From a virus (lineage: Duplodnaviria; Heunggongvirae; Uroviricota; Caudoviricetes): DNA of 64,000 bases. Location of the stretch: positions 64,001-128,000 of IMG/VR virus record IMGVR_UViG_3300017700_000784, one strand, 5' to 3'. A program made the position numbers and the translations under genes. How positions within the stretch are numbered: the first letter of the stretch is position 1; the number at the start of each line of letters is the position of its first letter. Under the pieces are notes generated by a model. That model worked only from the letters and a program-made list of their open reading frames with translations, was not told the origin of the DNA and searched no databases. This document shows positions 19,115-31,100 of the stretch, piece by piece.

Positions 19115-22100
19115 ATGAGTTGTTCACCTTCTGTTGAAAAAGACAAAGAAATCATAAAAGCTTTACTAAAACTTGACCCTGTTAAATATAAAAACTTTGA
19201 CAGGGTTGCTGAGTTTATATTAAATGCACCAATAGATGATGAGAGTAAGTCTGTATCATTACACACCATCTCTCATATGTTTATTCAACTTAATCAGAAG
19301 AATAACTCTTTTGAATTAGGTAAAGCATCATCTGTAGCAGAGATGGGTACACTACTTACAGACACTGCACAGCATCTTAGTGCTGTAAATCAGTTAGTTA
19401 AGTCAAAGAAAAATGTAGTCACAGGTCTACAACAGCTTATTAATGATTTTGTGGATGTAATGGATGAAGATTTATCTATAAAATCTTTTGATGATTATGA
19501 TGCACAAATCTTTAAACCTTTTCAGATATTCTTTACAAATTATAAATTCAATACAGAGGCTGAGAAAGCTAATGCTATATCTCAGGTTAAAGCTGTTATC
19601 ACAAAACTTGCTGATGCTTCTCCACTTAAGACATGGATTATAAGAAGAGCTGATGAGTTTATTGCAGACTTTAATAGAAAGACAGCTTTTATTCCATTAT
19701 CTGACCAACTTACTACAGATGAAAAGTTAAACACTTTTTTAGTAACCCTAAAGACAAAGGAAGTAGTAGAAGCTGTAAAAGATGCTTCAGGTTTTTATTA
19801 CAATGTCTTGACTGGGATGCCTATCTCGGAGTCTGATATAGATAATTATAGAAAGTCTATAAAAGTAGCTAGTTACCAAAGAGAGTCTGAAGCATCTGAT
19901 GATAAAATATCACACGTCTTCTATGACAATGACTTTGTATCAGGTTTAACAATAAGACCTTATAGTACTACTGAAAACTATAATGATGTAGTTTCTTACT
20001 TTGATGGAGTTTCTGACCCGGTAAAAGAAGTAAAAATATTTGCTGTAAAACTTAATGACTTTACAGATGATAGAATAAATACTATTAATAATATTCCTGG
20101 CTTAGAGAATAAAAAACATGAAACTTTTGAATCTCTTTCCCAGTCTGAATATCTTGCATCAGATCCTAATGGAGAAGTAATGGTAGTGGCAAGAGAAAAG
20201 AAATCAGAAAATAACTTTACACTTGTTGGAGAAGTAGAACTTGCCTCAGGTTTAAAGAAGAATTTTTATATCTATACTTTAGATAATTATGTATTACTTG
20301 ATTCAGATAATACTACTACTAAGCTTGACTTTACAAATAATTCCCACTTACAAAAAGTACAGGAGTTGGCCATCCTTAAAAAAGGAGGTAACTCTGTTAA
20401 CCTTAGTGAGTATGATTTACAGACTTTTAAAGTATTGGCTAATAAATTTAAAGAATTTAAGAACAAAGTATTACCTCTTCTTGAGGTAACTAGTGATGTA
20501 GCTGTTGATGTAAGTCAGTCATTTTATGATACTTATACTATAGATAAAGACTTTAAAATCAAGAGTCTTGAAACATTAAGAGAAGCTAAAGAATCAGGAT
20601 CAAATATATTTCAGGATGTAGAAGTAGTTACTGTTGATGATGATGGTAAAGTACTTACTCAGGTTACCAAACAATTACCTTTTATCTTTACAAAGGATTT
20701 TACAGGTGCCTTAGGTTTCAATGCTGTAGACTTTCTTAAAAGAGAAGAATATGTATTACACAATGGAGAACCTTATTCTTATGATGAATATCTTAAGGAA
20801 ATAGGTATTACTGAAAATGTAGTTAATGAGCTAATTAAGGATATCAATTCTTCTTATGTAAACTGTGTATATGTTATAAAAGATAAGACCGGAAAGCTTT
20901 CTTTTAGAATAGGTAAGTATATGGAACACTTAAGTAATGAAGTACTCTTTACTAAGTTTGTTGCTGATATGGCCGGATACATCAATGATACTAAAAATCT
21001 AACCAGAAACTTTGATAAGTTCTTTGAGCAATATAGCTTTAAATCAAGAAAGAGTAATGCTGGTGCATATACACTTAATATAAACTTTGCAGTAAGTCCT
21101 GTTGGAGAATTACAACTTGAATTTAGACCTGTTAAGTTTAAACCTGACTATGATTTTATCCTGGATGAAAAACAACAGTATAACTTTACTTTAGGTAAGA
21201 CTGTTATGCAGGATATACTTAAGACTATTGTGCCTACATCTGCAGAATATACTGAGTTACAAAACAAGTATTTATTTCTTAGAGAAATTCCTTTATATAC
21301 TACTGAAGGTCTAAACTATGACCAGGTGCCAGTATTTATTAATTCACTTTATGAGAATAATATGTCTACAAGTTCTCCTGTTATAGAGAGAGTACTTGAA
21401 AATATCAGAAAAGCACAGGATACTTTTAATAATAACATCTATGAGAATGTAATAGATACTGTAGAGAATAACCCAGAAGCTTATGAAGATTTTCTTAAAA
21501 AAGTAGAGGATGATTTTGGTGGACTTGAAAATTTACTTTTCAATAAATACGACAATAAGCTATTGATGCCTAGGGTTAAATTTGGTGAGAAACAAGTTAT
21601 CAATGTATCTAATAAAATAGAAAAAGGAGACTTGAATGTTACTTTTAACAATTATGGTGTAGTAAACTCTAATAACAAAAGATTACAAATAAGCACTACA
21701 GATAATGTAAGACCATCAAGCACCATGGCTGCTACTATAAATGAGGCAGCCCCTATAAATAATAATACTCCTACTCCTGTTACAGTACTTACAGAAGAAG
21801 ATATTACTATTCCTGTAGCTGGACCACTAGCTACTCTTCCTATTCCTAATAAAGCCTTTGAACCAGAAGATCCTGAAAATCTTGAGGACATGGATGATGT
21901 ACCTTTTGCTACATTGGATGCCAGTTCAAATGCTGCTATGGCTTCGCAGGAAGATATTTATGCTGAACATAACTGGTTTACTTCTACTTATGCTGATACT
22001 TTTCCTATTGAAGATTTAGATAATCTTAAAGATTTGATAAGACTTACTAAACTTGAAGGATCTGTATTAGGAGCTGTTAAGGATAAAGTAATTTACCTTA

Positions 22101-25100
22101 ATAAAAATCTAAGAACCAAAGGAGTTCTGTATCATGAATCTTTCCATGCTGTATTCAGATACCTTATGGAAGAACCTATGCGTAGAAACCTACTTGATAA
22201 TATTATTTCTAATAAAAAATATTCAAGTTCTTTTACTGAGAGTGCTAAGAAAGAATTTGCTCAAGATAGAAACCTAGTTGAGGATGATAACAGAATTACA
22301 GATTTAATAGCTGAGGAAATACTTGCTGATGGTTTTCAAGCATACATGAATAAGAAACAAGAGCCTAAGACTCTTATACAGAAATTCTTTGAGTTCCTTA
22401 AAAACCTTATAGCCTTCTTTAACAAACACTCTAAGTTTATTGATGAACAATATGGTAAAATAAGAAAAGGTGATTTCACAAGCCAAGTAAAAGAGTCTGA
22501 AGTATTTAATAATGAGATAGCTTTCTTATCTATCAGAGGATTACTTAAGGTAACTACAGATCCTAAGACAGGTAAAACTAAGACTGTAAAGACAGAACTT
22601 ACCAGTAAGCAGAAAAATGAGCTTATAGACTCTGTTGTATTTGAATTACTTAATGATAAGTCTGACAAGTCTTTTGATGAAAGATTTGCACAGGCTACTC
22701 TTAATGCTTTGAGTGTATGGGACTTTGATGCTTATTATAATCAGATTACTGACCCGGATAAAGCTGCTGCTTTTAAGAAAGAGTTTTATGAAAAGTGGAC
22801 AAACTTTAGATTTGTATTAGGTGGTAGAATGCATGGTTTAGCTGTGTATGACATCAATGATACCAATGATCCAAAGAATGATAATAAGACCTATAAAAAT
22901 ACTTATAAGTTCAGTACAAACTCTGAAACTGTAGATAATTTTCAGGGCCAGGCTTCTTATGCTTTATTGAGAGATGAAGTAGAAAGAAAGTATGGACATA
23001 TGAAAAACTTTATAGATGACTATGAGGATTTTTCTGATGATGAATCAAAAGACTTAGAGCGCCTTAAAGAATTTCTTGACTCTACTTATCATAATCCTCA
23101 AAATGATAATCAAGATGAGCAGGATGAAAATGTAAAAAATCCTTATGATGACAAGTCTTTGGCTGAAAAAGGAGGATTAGAGTCTTTACCTAAAGAGTTA
23201 AGACAAGCTTTTTCTATTATTAGATACCAATATGAAGATGCTAAATATGGTATTACTATACCTAAGCATGTTGATGGTTATGGTATGTTTGGAGTATTAC
23301 TTAAAATATCATCTGGGGTTGACGTAGATAATGTTGTTGACAATATAAAAATCTATAGTGACCAGCTTAGAGAAGACAATGTACATATAGCAGAAGCTGA
23401 AGACTTGCTTCAGATATATAATTATATTAAAGAGAAGTGTGGTATTATAGAAGATAATGGTTTTATCAGTATAAAGAATAATCAGTTCTATAACATGTTT
23501 ATAGATACAGTAGTAAAAGCTTCTGTGGATTATATTATGTATTCTGCTAACTTTAAAATATATGATCCTACTACAGATGATGACAATTATGATGCAGGGG
23601 GTGCTCCAGTGAATACAAAAAAATCAAGTTCTATGACTAGATTTGATATTCGTGATAAGATTCTTTCTGAGGATGTAAATAGAAAGAAGAGTTTACTTAT
23701 CCGGGATATGATTTCTACTTATAACAATAAGAAGAATACATCTGAATATATTACAGCTTTAACAGCTATAAGAAAATTTGCAAAAAAATATAGTGTAGAT
23801 ACTAATCTGCAGATATTAAGTCCTGTAGTAAATAATGATGCTGAAGTTGATAAGATGGCTAAAGAGCTTTCAGATAACTTTCAGCTTATAGGATTAAAGT
23901 TTCCTAAGTCTTTGATAAGATTATCTATTATTGGTATAGACATAGCTGAAAATAATAACACTCCAAAACTTAAAAGAGGAGGAGATGTACAACAGCATTA
24001 TATGGTCAATGAAAGATTTATAAATGAAGGTAAATATCTTCAGAAAGATTTCTTTAAGGATATTATCTCTCTTATAGATGAATTAGGTGCCGGTAGAATA
24101 TCAGGAACTGCATTATCTGAAAAGATGGATGACTCCGAAGGGCTTTATAGTAGACTTGGTATTATTATAAGAAATGCATCTAGTTATATTACAACTTATG
24201 ATCCAACAGAATTACCTAGTGTTTTTAGAAATGCTGAGGGTAAACCTGTATATAGATACTTACCTTACACTCCTGTACTTCATATAGCGGAAGAAGTAAG
24301 ACAGGGTGGATTGGAATCTTCATTAAGAAATGATCCTTTCTTTAATAACAGTTTTGAGTACTATTCAGTTAATCCTTACTTTAAAGACATATTTGCTAAT
24401 AAAAATTCTGAGTTAGCAAGACAGATGAAGTTATACTTTAGTAATTTTAATATCTCTTTGTATGGAGGAGTAGAGCAAACTGTAGATGATGAAAAGAGAG
24501 ACAGTAATGTATTTAAAAATCTTGATGATACCTCACAACATATCCTGGGCTTATTAAGTTTCTTAAAAAGAACTACACATACAGGTAAGATAAGTAGTAA
24601 AGATACTAGTATAGAGACTTTTACAAGAATGTTTACTACTATTGAGTCTACTAATACTAATTATCTTATGCCGGCTTATTATGAGCAGTATGCAGATAAA
24701 GATGGTTTAGTTACAACCAAAGATGGTTTCTTGGCACCAGTAGCCAGATTTACAGCTAAAATTGAGCAAGAGTATGAAAGAATCAGAGCAGAATATACAA
24801 GAGTAAAAATTCTTAAAAAAGAGTTTGATGCTGATAAAAGACTAGGTAACTATAAGCTTTTAAATAAGTATAATGCTATACTTGATGGTGACAAAGCCAA
24901 TGTTACAGATTCTTCTCTCAGAGCTTTTAACTTTAGTTATTTTCCTGAGTTTTGGAATAATGGTAATGATGATTTAAAACAAAGAATTATAGATAATGCT
25001 AAAGCCAATAAGCCTTTTAACACTATTGGTGATGATACTTTACAAGAACTTAAAGAAGGATTACAAAACTTTGCACAGTCTGAGCTTAATCAATACTTAG

Positions 25101-28100
25101 AAGACTTAGTAAGAAGAGATATTATAAAACCTCATCCTGACAGAGCAGGAGAATTTGTATCTACTATATTACCAAGAGTAGTAAAGAAAGATAATAGTTC
25201 TACTTCTTTAGTAGCATTGTATGGTGATAAGAATAAATACAATATTGGAAATGTAGTTTCTGATTACTTCTTTAACTTTTGGGTTAACAGCTTATTCTTC
25301 AATGAAATATTTGATGGTGATATAGCCTTGGGTGTTAAAAATGCTACAGACTATAATAAGCGTCAGAAGAGAAATGCTGCAGCCAACAGTAATTTTAAGA
25401 AAGGTGTCCATAAAGTATCTTATGGTAATACTATTAAAGCTTATATACATCCTGAATATTTAGGATTTGGCCCTTACTTCACACTTGATGAAGTTAAAAG
25501 TGATACAAGATTAATAGCTAATCCTGAGATTAGAGAAATACTTATAAGAGATTATGGTAAGAAAGTAACTGTAAATAATATACAAGTAGAAAGCATACAT
25601 GATTTATTTGATGGACAGTCTGTGTCTTTACTTATGCATCATGCAGACATGTATGACAGTATAGGAAGACTTAATGATAAAGTGATGGACTTAATTATTA
25701 AGAAACACTACACTACTCTTACTGCTAAAGAACTTAAATACTTACAAAAAAATAAAGTAGTACTTAACTCTAAGAAAACAGTAACAGCATCAAGAAGTTT
25801 ATATCATAAGCTTTCAGAAGTTTATATTGATAGAAATGATGTGAGTATAGCTATTCTTCCTACTGAAAGAATTTTACAAGGATGGACTGGTGAAGAAATG
25901 AGAAATCATTTACATAAGCTTTATACTGAGTTATATAACATCAGAAAGACTAATAATGAACTATTAAAAAGAAATGATAGTTCAATGTTGGCTGAAACTG
26001 AAGAGAAAGTAAAAGCTATAGTTACAGAGATTCATAAATATTTTATGCCTCTTCCTCATAGAGAGAAGTTGCATGATTTATTAAATTCTATGGAGTATCA
26101 TAACATTGATCAGTTTATGGATACAACAGCATCTAAACTTGCTACACTGCTTCCTACTAACTTGACTTACAAAGATGAGTCTGGATATATCATGCTTGAA
26201 AGATCTGCTATCTTTGCACCTAATAAGTACAAATTCTGGCAGGTTGAAACATCTGGAATTAAGAGTATGATTAAGTACTCTGTACAAAGTAAAGCTTTAT
26301 TACCAGCTAATTTAAAAGACATCACTACTATTCTTGATAAGAATGGTGTAAACATGTCTGAGGCTGAAAGAGCTTCTATTACTGAGGAGATGAATAATTT
26401 ACTTTATAATTATCATACTACCTTAAAAGATGTAGCATTGGCTCATGAAGCTTTAATGAATACATTCTTTACCAATGAAGATTTAGAGAGTAATGTTGGT
26501 TTCATGTTTGACCTTATTAGAAAGAATTTATCTGAACAGGGAGTTACTACTAATAAGCTTAAATTATTTGAGACTGATGCTACTACCGGTAAGCCTATAC
26601 ATAGTCCTAATCTACCAGAGATAAGAGACATGCTGGAGTATTATTTCTTTTCTCAGTATAGTAAGTTCACAGATGAAAAAGGTACAGGTGCTAAGTATAT
26701 ACACATGTCTGCTTATGGGTATGATGTACTTCAGGATAAAGATGGTAAAACTGTCTTTACAGAAGACTATAGAAAAAATCCTTTTGATGAAAAATATGAA
26801 GGGATTACTTCAAGACCATTAGGTATATCTGTAGAGAAAAAAGGAGATAAGACTGTATACTACATAGAGTGTATCCTTCCTAAACCTTTATATGATAATA
26901 GAGATCTTCTTAAGAAATATGAAGATAAAATCCTTAAGATGTTTGGGGTGAGAATTCCAACTGAGGATAAAAGATCTATGGTTGCATTAAGAGTAGTTGA
27001 TTATATTGACTCAGCTAATATGTCAGGTATTATAGTACCACAAGTTGTGCATATTTTAGCGGGGTCTGACTTAGATGTTGATACACTTTATACACAACAA
27101 TATAGCTTTTACAGAAACTATAATGGGGCCACAGTATTATATGGTGATTATAGTAACTATAGTGATAATACTACTGGAGAATACATTGAGTACCTTAATT
27201 ACTTATCAGAAGACAAAGATGTAAAACCTATTATTAAAGCTTATATCCAGAATATAAAACAAGGAACAACTCTTGAGTCTAATAGCCAGGTCTTAGACAT
27301 ACTTACTGAGTTAAACTTTGATCCTTCTAAATATAATTTAGCAGAGGCTTTCAGTTATATAAAAAATAATAATCTTACAGATATAGATATTGATAGCATC
27401 AATGATGATATTAGAGAACTAGATGAAAGTTCAGGAGAAATGTATAGTACAACTCTTCAGCATCTACTTGCTACAAGAGCCGATTACTATATGCAACTTA
27501 ATAACATTAAGTATGTAAATACTTATATTAAAATTTTAGCTACACTTAAAGCTCTTTCTGACTTTAAACTTCCTGCTACTAAAACTAAGTTTAAGTCTAG
27601 CAATGCTTCTTCTTTGGTTAAAAACAAGTTTCAAAATATACACTTAGATGCTAAACTTGATATACTGTCTAATAACAAAGTGTTTAATAATTTATACATA
27701 AATGAGCGCTCTTCTACACAGATGTTTATGGAGATACTTAATGATTTTGGTATTAAGCTTGAGTCTAATGATGATCCATTTACCATAACAGGTGTAATTA
27801 ATGCAAGAACTAAGAATGTATTAAGTAAGCTTGGTATTGGTGTAACAGCTAATAACAATAAGACTCTTGCTTTCTTGAGTCAGTATTTTGATGATGAGCT
27901 TACAGGTAACCTTAATGAAGTAGTATGGAAATTCAGATCTGATGTTAATCAGGACACTGCTAATAACTTTGATAAACTTGCAAGCTTCAATGTAGATGAT
28001 ACAAGAACTATTGCTATCATTGGTAATATCCTAGGGATGTTTGCTGATGGTGTAAAAGAACCTATTCCTGCAGCACTACACTTAAATGAAATAAACACAA

Positions 28101-31100
28101 ATATCACACTAACCATGTTAGGTCTTGGTATGGACCCAAGATTTGCTTTAGCTTATAATTTTATTCCAGAGATAGTAAATGCTATAGAGTCTGTGCAACA
28201 AAGCATGTATGCAGTAAGTGATGGTGTAAGTAATACAAGAAGTTATCTTATTACAGAGTTAAACTCACAAATGTTTAATCTTTCAAGAAATCCAAAAGAC
28301 CCTTCAGACAAGTATCACTTTATGAATGAGCTTAAGGATGCAGGTTTAGTAAGTAAGAAATCTTCCATCTTTAATATGTCTATCATAAAAGATAATTTAA
28401 TTATCAAGTATGATAAAAAGAAACTAGACCCTACAAGATTTAGAGATAATAAGTTAAGTCTTATGGATTTGGGTATTACTGTTTCTTCAAGAGAAACTAT
28501 CAAAAATGAGGATACAGGTGGTTATGAATACACAGAAGTTTCTCTTTCTGAGAATGCACAAAAGCTTATATTATTACAGCTTTATAAAGAACAGTCTGAA
28601 CAAAGTTCTAAAATCATGTCTGCAGGTAACATTGTAAATATGTTTAAAAACATGCGACCAGATTTTGATTTCTTAGATAAGATGAGAAAAGATGTAAGAG
28701 CTTTAAAATCAGGTACTTCTATTATTACAGATGATGTAGCTAATAGAATATTTGAGAACAACCAAGTATGGCCTGTTATAGACAGAATACTTGAGCATGC
28801 TGATGAGAAATCTAAGATGTTTATTGAGCGCTCTGAAGTGTTTAAACCTATCAAGGATACTTTTGAATATTTATTTAAAAATAAAAAACTATTTGCTAAG
28901 ACTGTTACAGCTTATGTAGCACTTAACAAGTATAAAAATACTTTTATCCAGAATGACCCTGTATACAGTAGTTTATCTCCTGCTATTAAAGAGATCAAAG
29001 ATGCTGAAAGTGTTATGATGACTGAGATGTTTAGAGCTGACTATTGGTTTAACAACAATCTTGAGGAAGAACTTACAGAGATGCAGGAAAAACATCCGGA
29101 TAACATCTTTCTTAATAGATTAAGATCTTTTACAACCAGTAATTCAGCAATGACTACTACTGAGGTAGAGTATAAGGAAAAAGTAATAACTCTTATTGGT
29201 GGTGATAAAATCACTGGTAGCTTATTACAAGACATGGAGGATGATGCTAACAATCTTTTTGTTACAGAGCCTTTGTTCTTTAAAAGATTGTTTATACATG
29301 AGCTTGTAAGAACAGGTCTTAAATATAGAAAAGGTTCTTTTTATACTTTTATTAGTCCTGACTTTAAGCGTGACTTATCTAAGTATGTTGATGAATTTGT
29401 GGATGTGCTTAAAAAATCATCTACACCTGATATTACAGAACAGAACTTAATGGAGTACCTAAATGTAACTACTCCTGATGAAGTATACAACTTCATGAGA
29501 GATATGTTAGCAAACTTAGTGTATACATCTTCTGCAGAAGTAGATAATAATAAAATTCTTAAACCTACTTCAGATACAAGAAAAATTAATGTTTCAGATA
29601 AAGATGATCTTATTATGAAGATGGATTTTTCAAGTATTGTAGATCCACAGTATGATGTAGTGTCAGAAGTATTTAATCATATATTACCTCTTGATGGCAG
29701 TTATAGTATTATATCTGATAAGCTTTCTTTAGATAATAATTCTAAATATTTAGTATTTAACTTTAATATTCCTGATAAATCTTACGGTAACCTTAGTAAG
29801 TTTAATATGATAGATGTAGCCAAAGCTTTTGGATTTGAATATCATGATAAACTTGGTAGCTTTATATTTCCTGCAGCTATTAATATTAATGGAGATTTCT
29901 ATTTACTACAAGGAGTAGATGCTAAGATAGACCAGCCTATAGGAAAGAATCTTCTTAATGTTACAATCATAGATAAAGACAGAGACTTTGTTACTGATTA
30001 TAATACAGGTAAGCTCGCTTTCTATCAAAAAATACCAAAAGCTCCTACAAGTAGTAGTTTAAGTACTGCAGCATTAGACCTTAATCAGTTACAGAGATAT
30101 TCTGATTTAACTGCTGCATTATCAACTCAATTCTTAGATGAAAGAGTAAAAGTGTATAGAAATCTTTCTAAAGATAATCTTAAAAAACTTCATGATATTA
30201 TTAATAACAAAACTTTATCTGAGAATAAAGACTCTGTAGTTAGTAATATTATCTATGGAGATATGGAAGAATTAAGAAAACTTCATAATGAAGGAACTGC
30301 TTTATATACCATGCGTGTAAGTAAAAAACAAACAGGATCTACTCAGTATGGATTTAAAAGTCTTAGTGATACACAACATTTTGGTAATCCTTTCACAGGT
30401 TCAGAGAAAGAAGGTTTAGTATCAATGAAGAATATTAGCGCTGCAGTTGATGCTTATGAGCAATGGTTAGATGGACAGGATAAATTCATAGATAAGAATG
30501 GTAATAAACATGATTTAACAGAGCAATCTCCTCGTAGAGACTGGATACTAGCACAGATTGAGCATTTGGCACAACAACCAGAGATGGTAAAACTTGGATA
30601 CTTTAAAGCAGGATATAAATCTCATGCTGATGTTATCAATGAAAAGATTATCTCTCTAAGAAAAGCCAAAGGTTTAGAAACTGAGTCTAAGGAAGCTATT
30701 GAAATACAGTCAGCTATTATAGTACAGCAGGAACTTCAGTCAAGATATGACGAGTTAGTAGAAGCTAAGAAACTTATTGCTGATACCACTGAGATGATTG
30801 TAGTAAATAATCTTCCTAAACTTACTCCGGAGTCAGCTAAAAAAGAGACTGGTACCAATACAGGTACTAATCAGGATATTAGTCCAGCACTATTAAGTAA
30901 TGATGGAGTTACTGTAGAACAAGCTGCTCATGATATATGGGAAGATAACTTTGTGGATACAGGTGTAGATACTCAGGATGTAAGAAATATTATCATAGAT
31001 ATATTACTTTCCGGTAAACAGAATTATATCAAAGCTTTAACCAGACAGGATGAGATAGATGAACTTAAGCGTCAGTTAGCTACTCCTAAGACAGAAGCAA

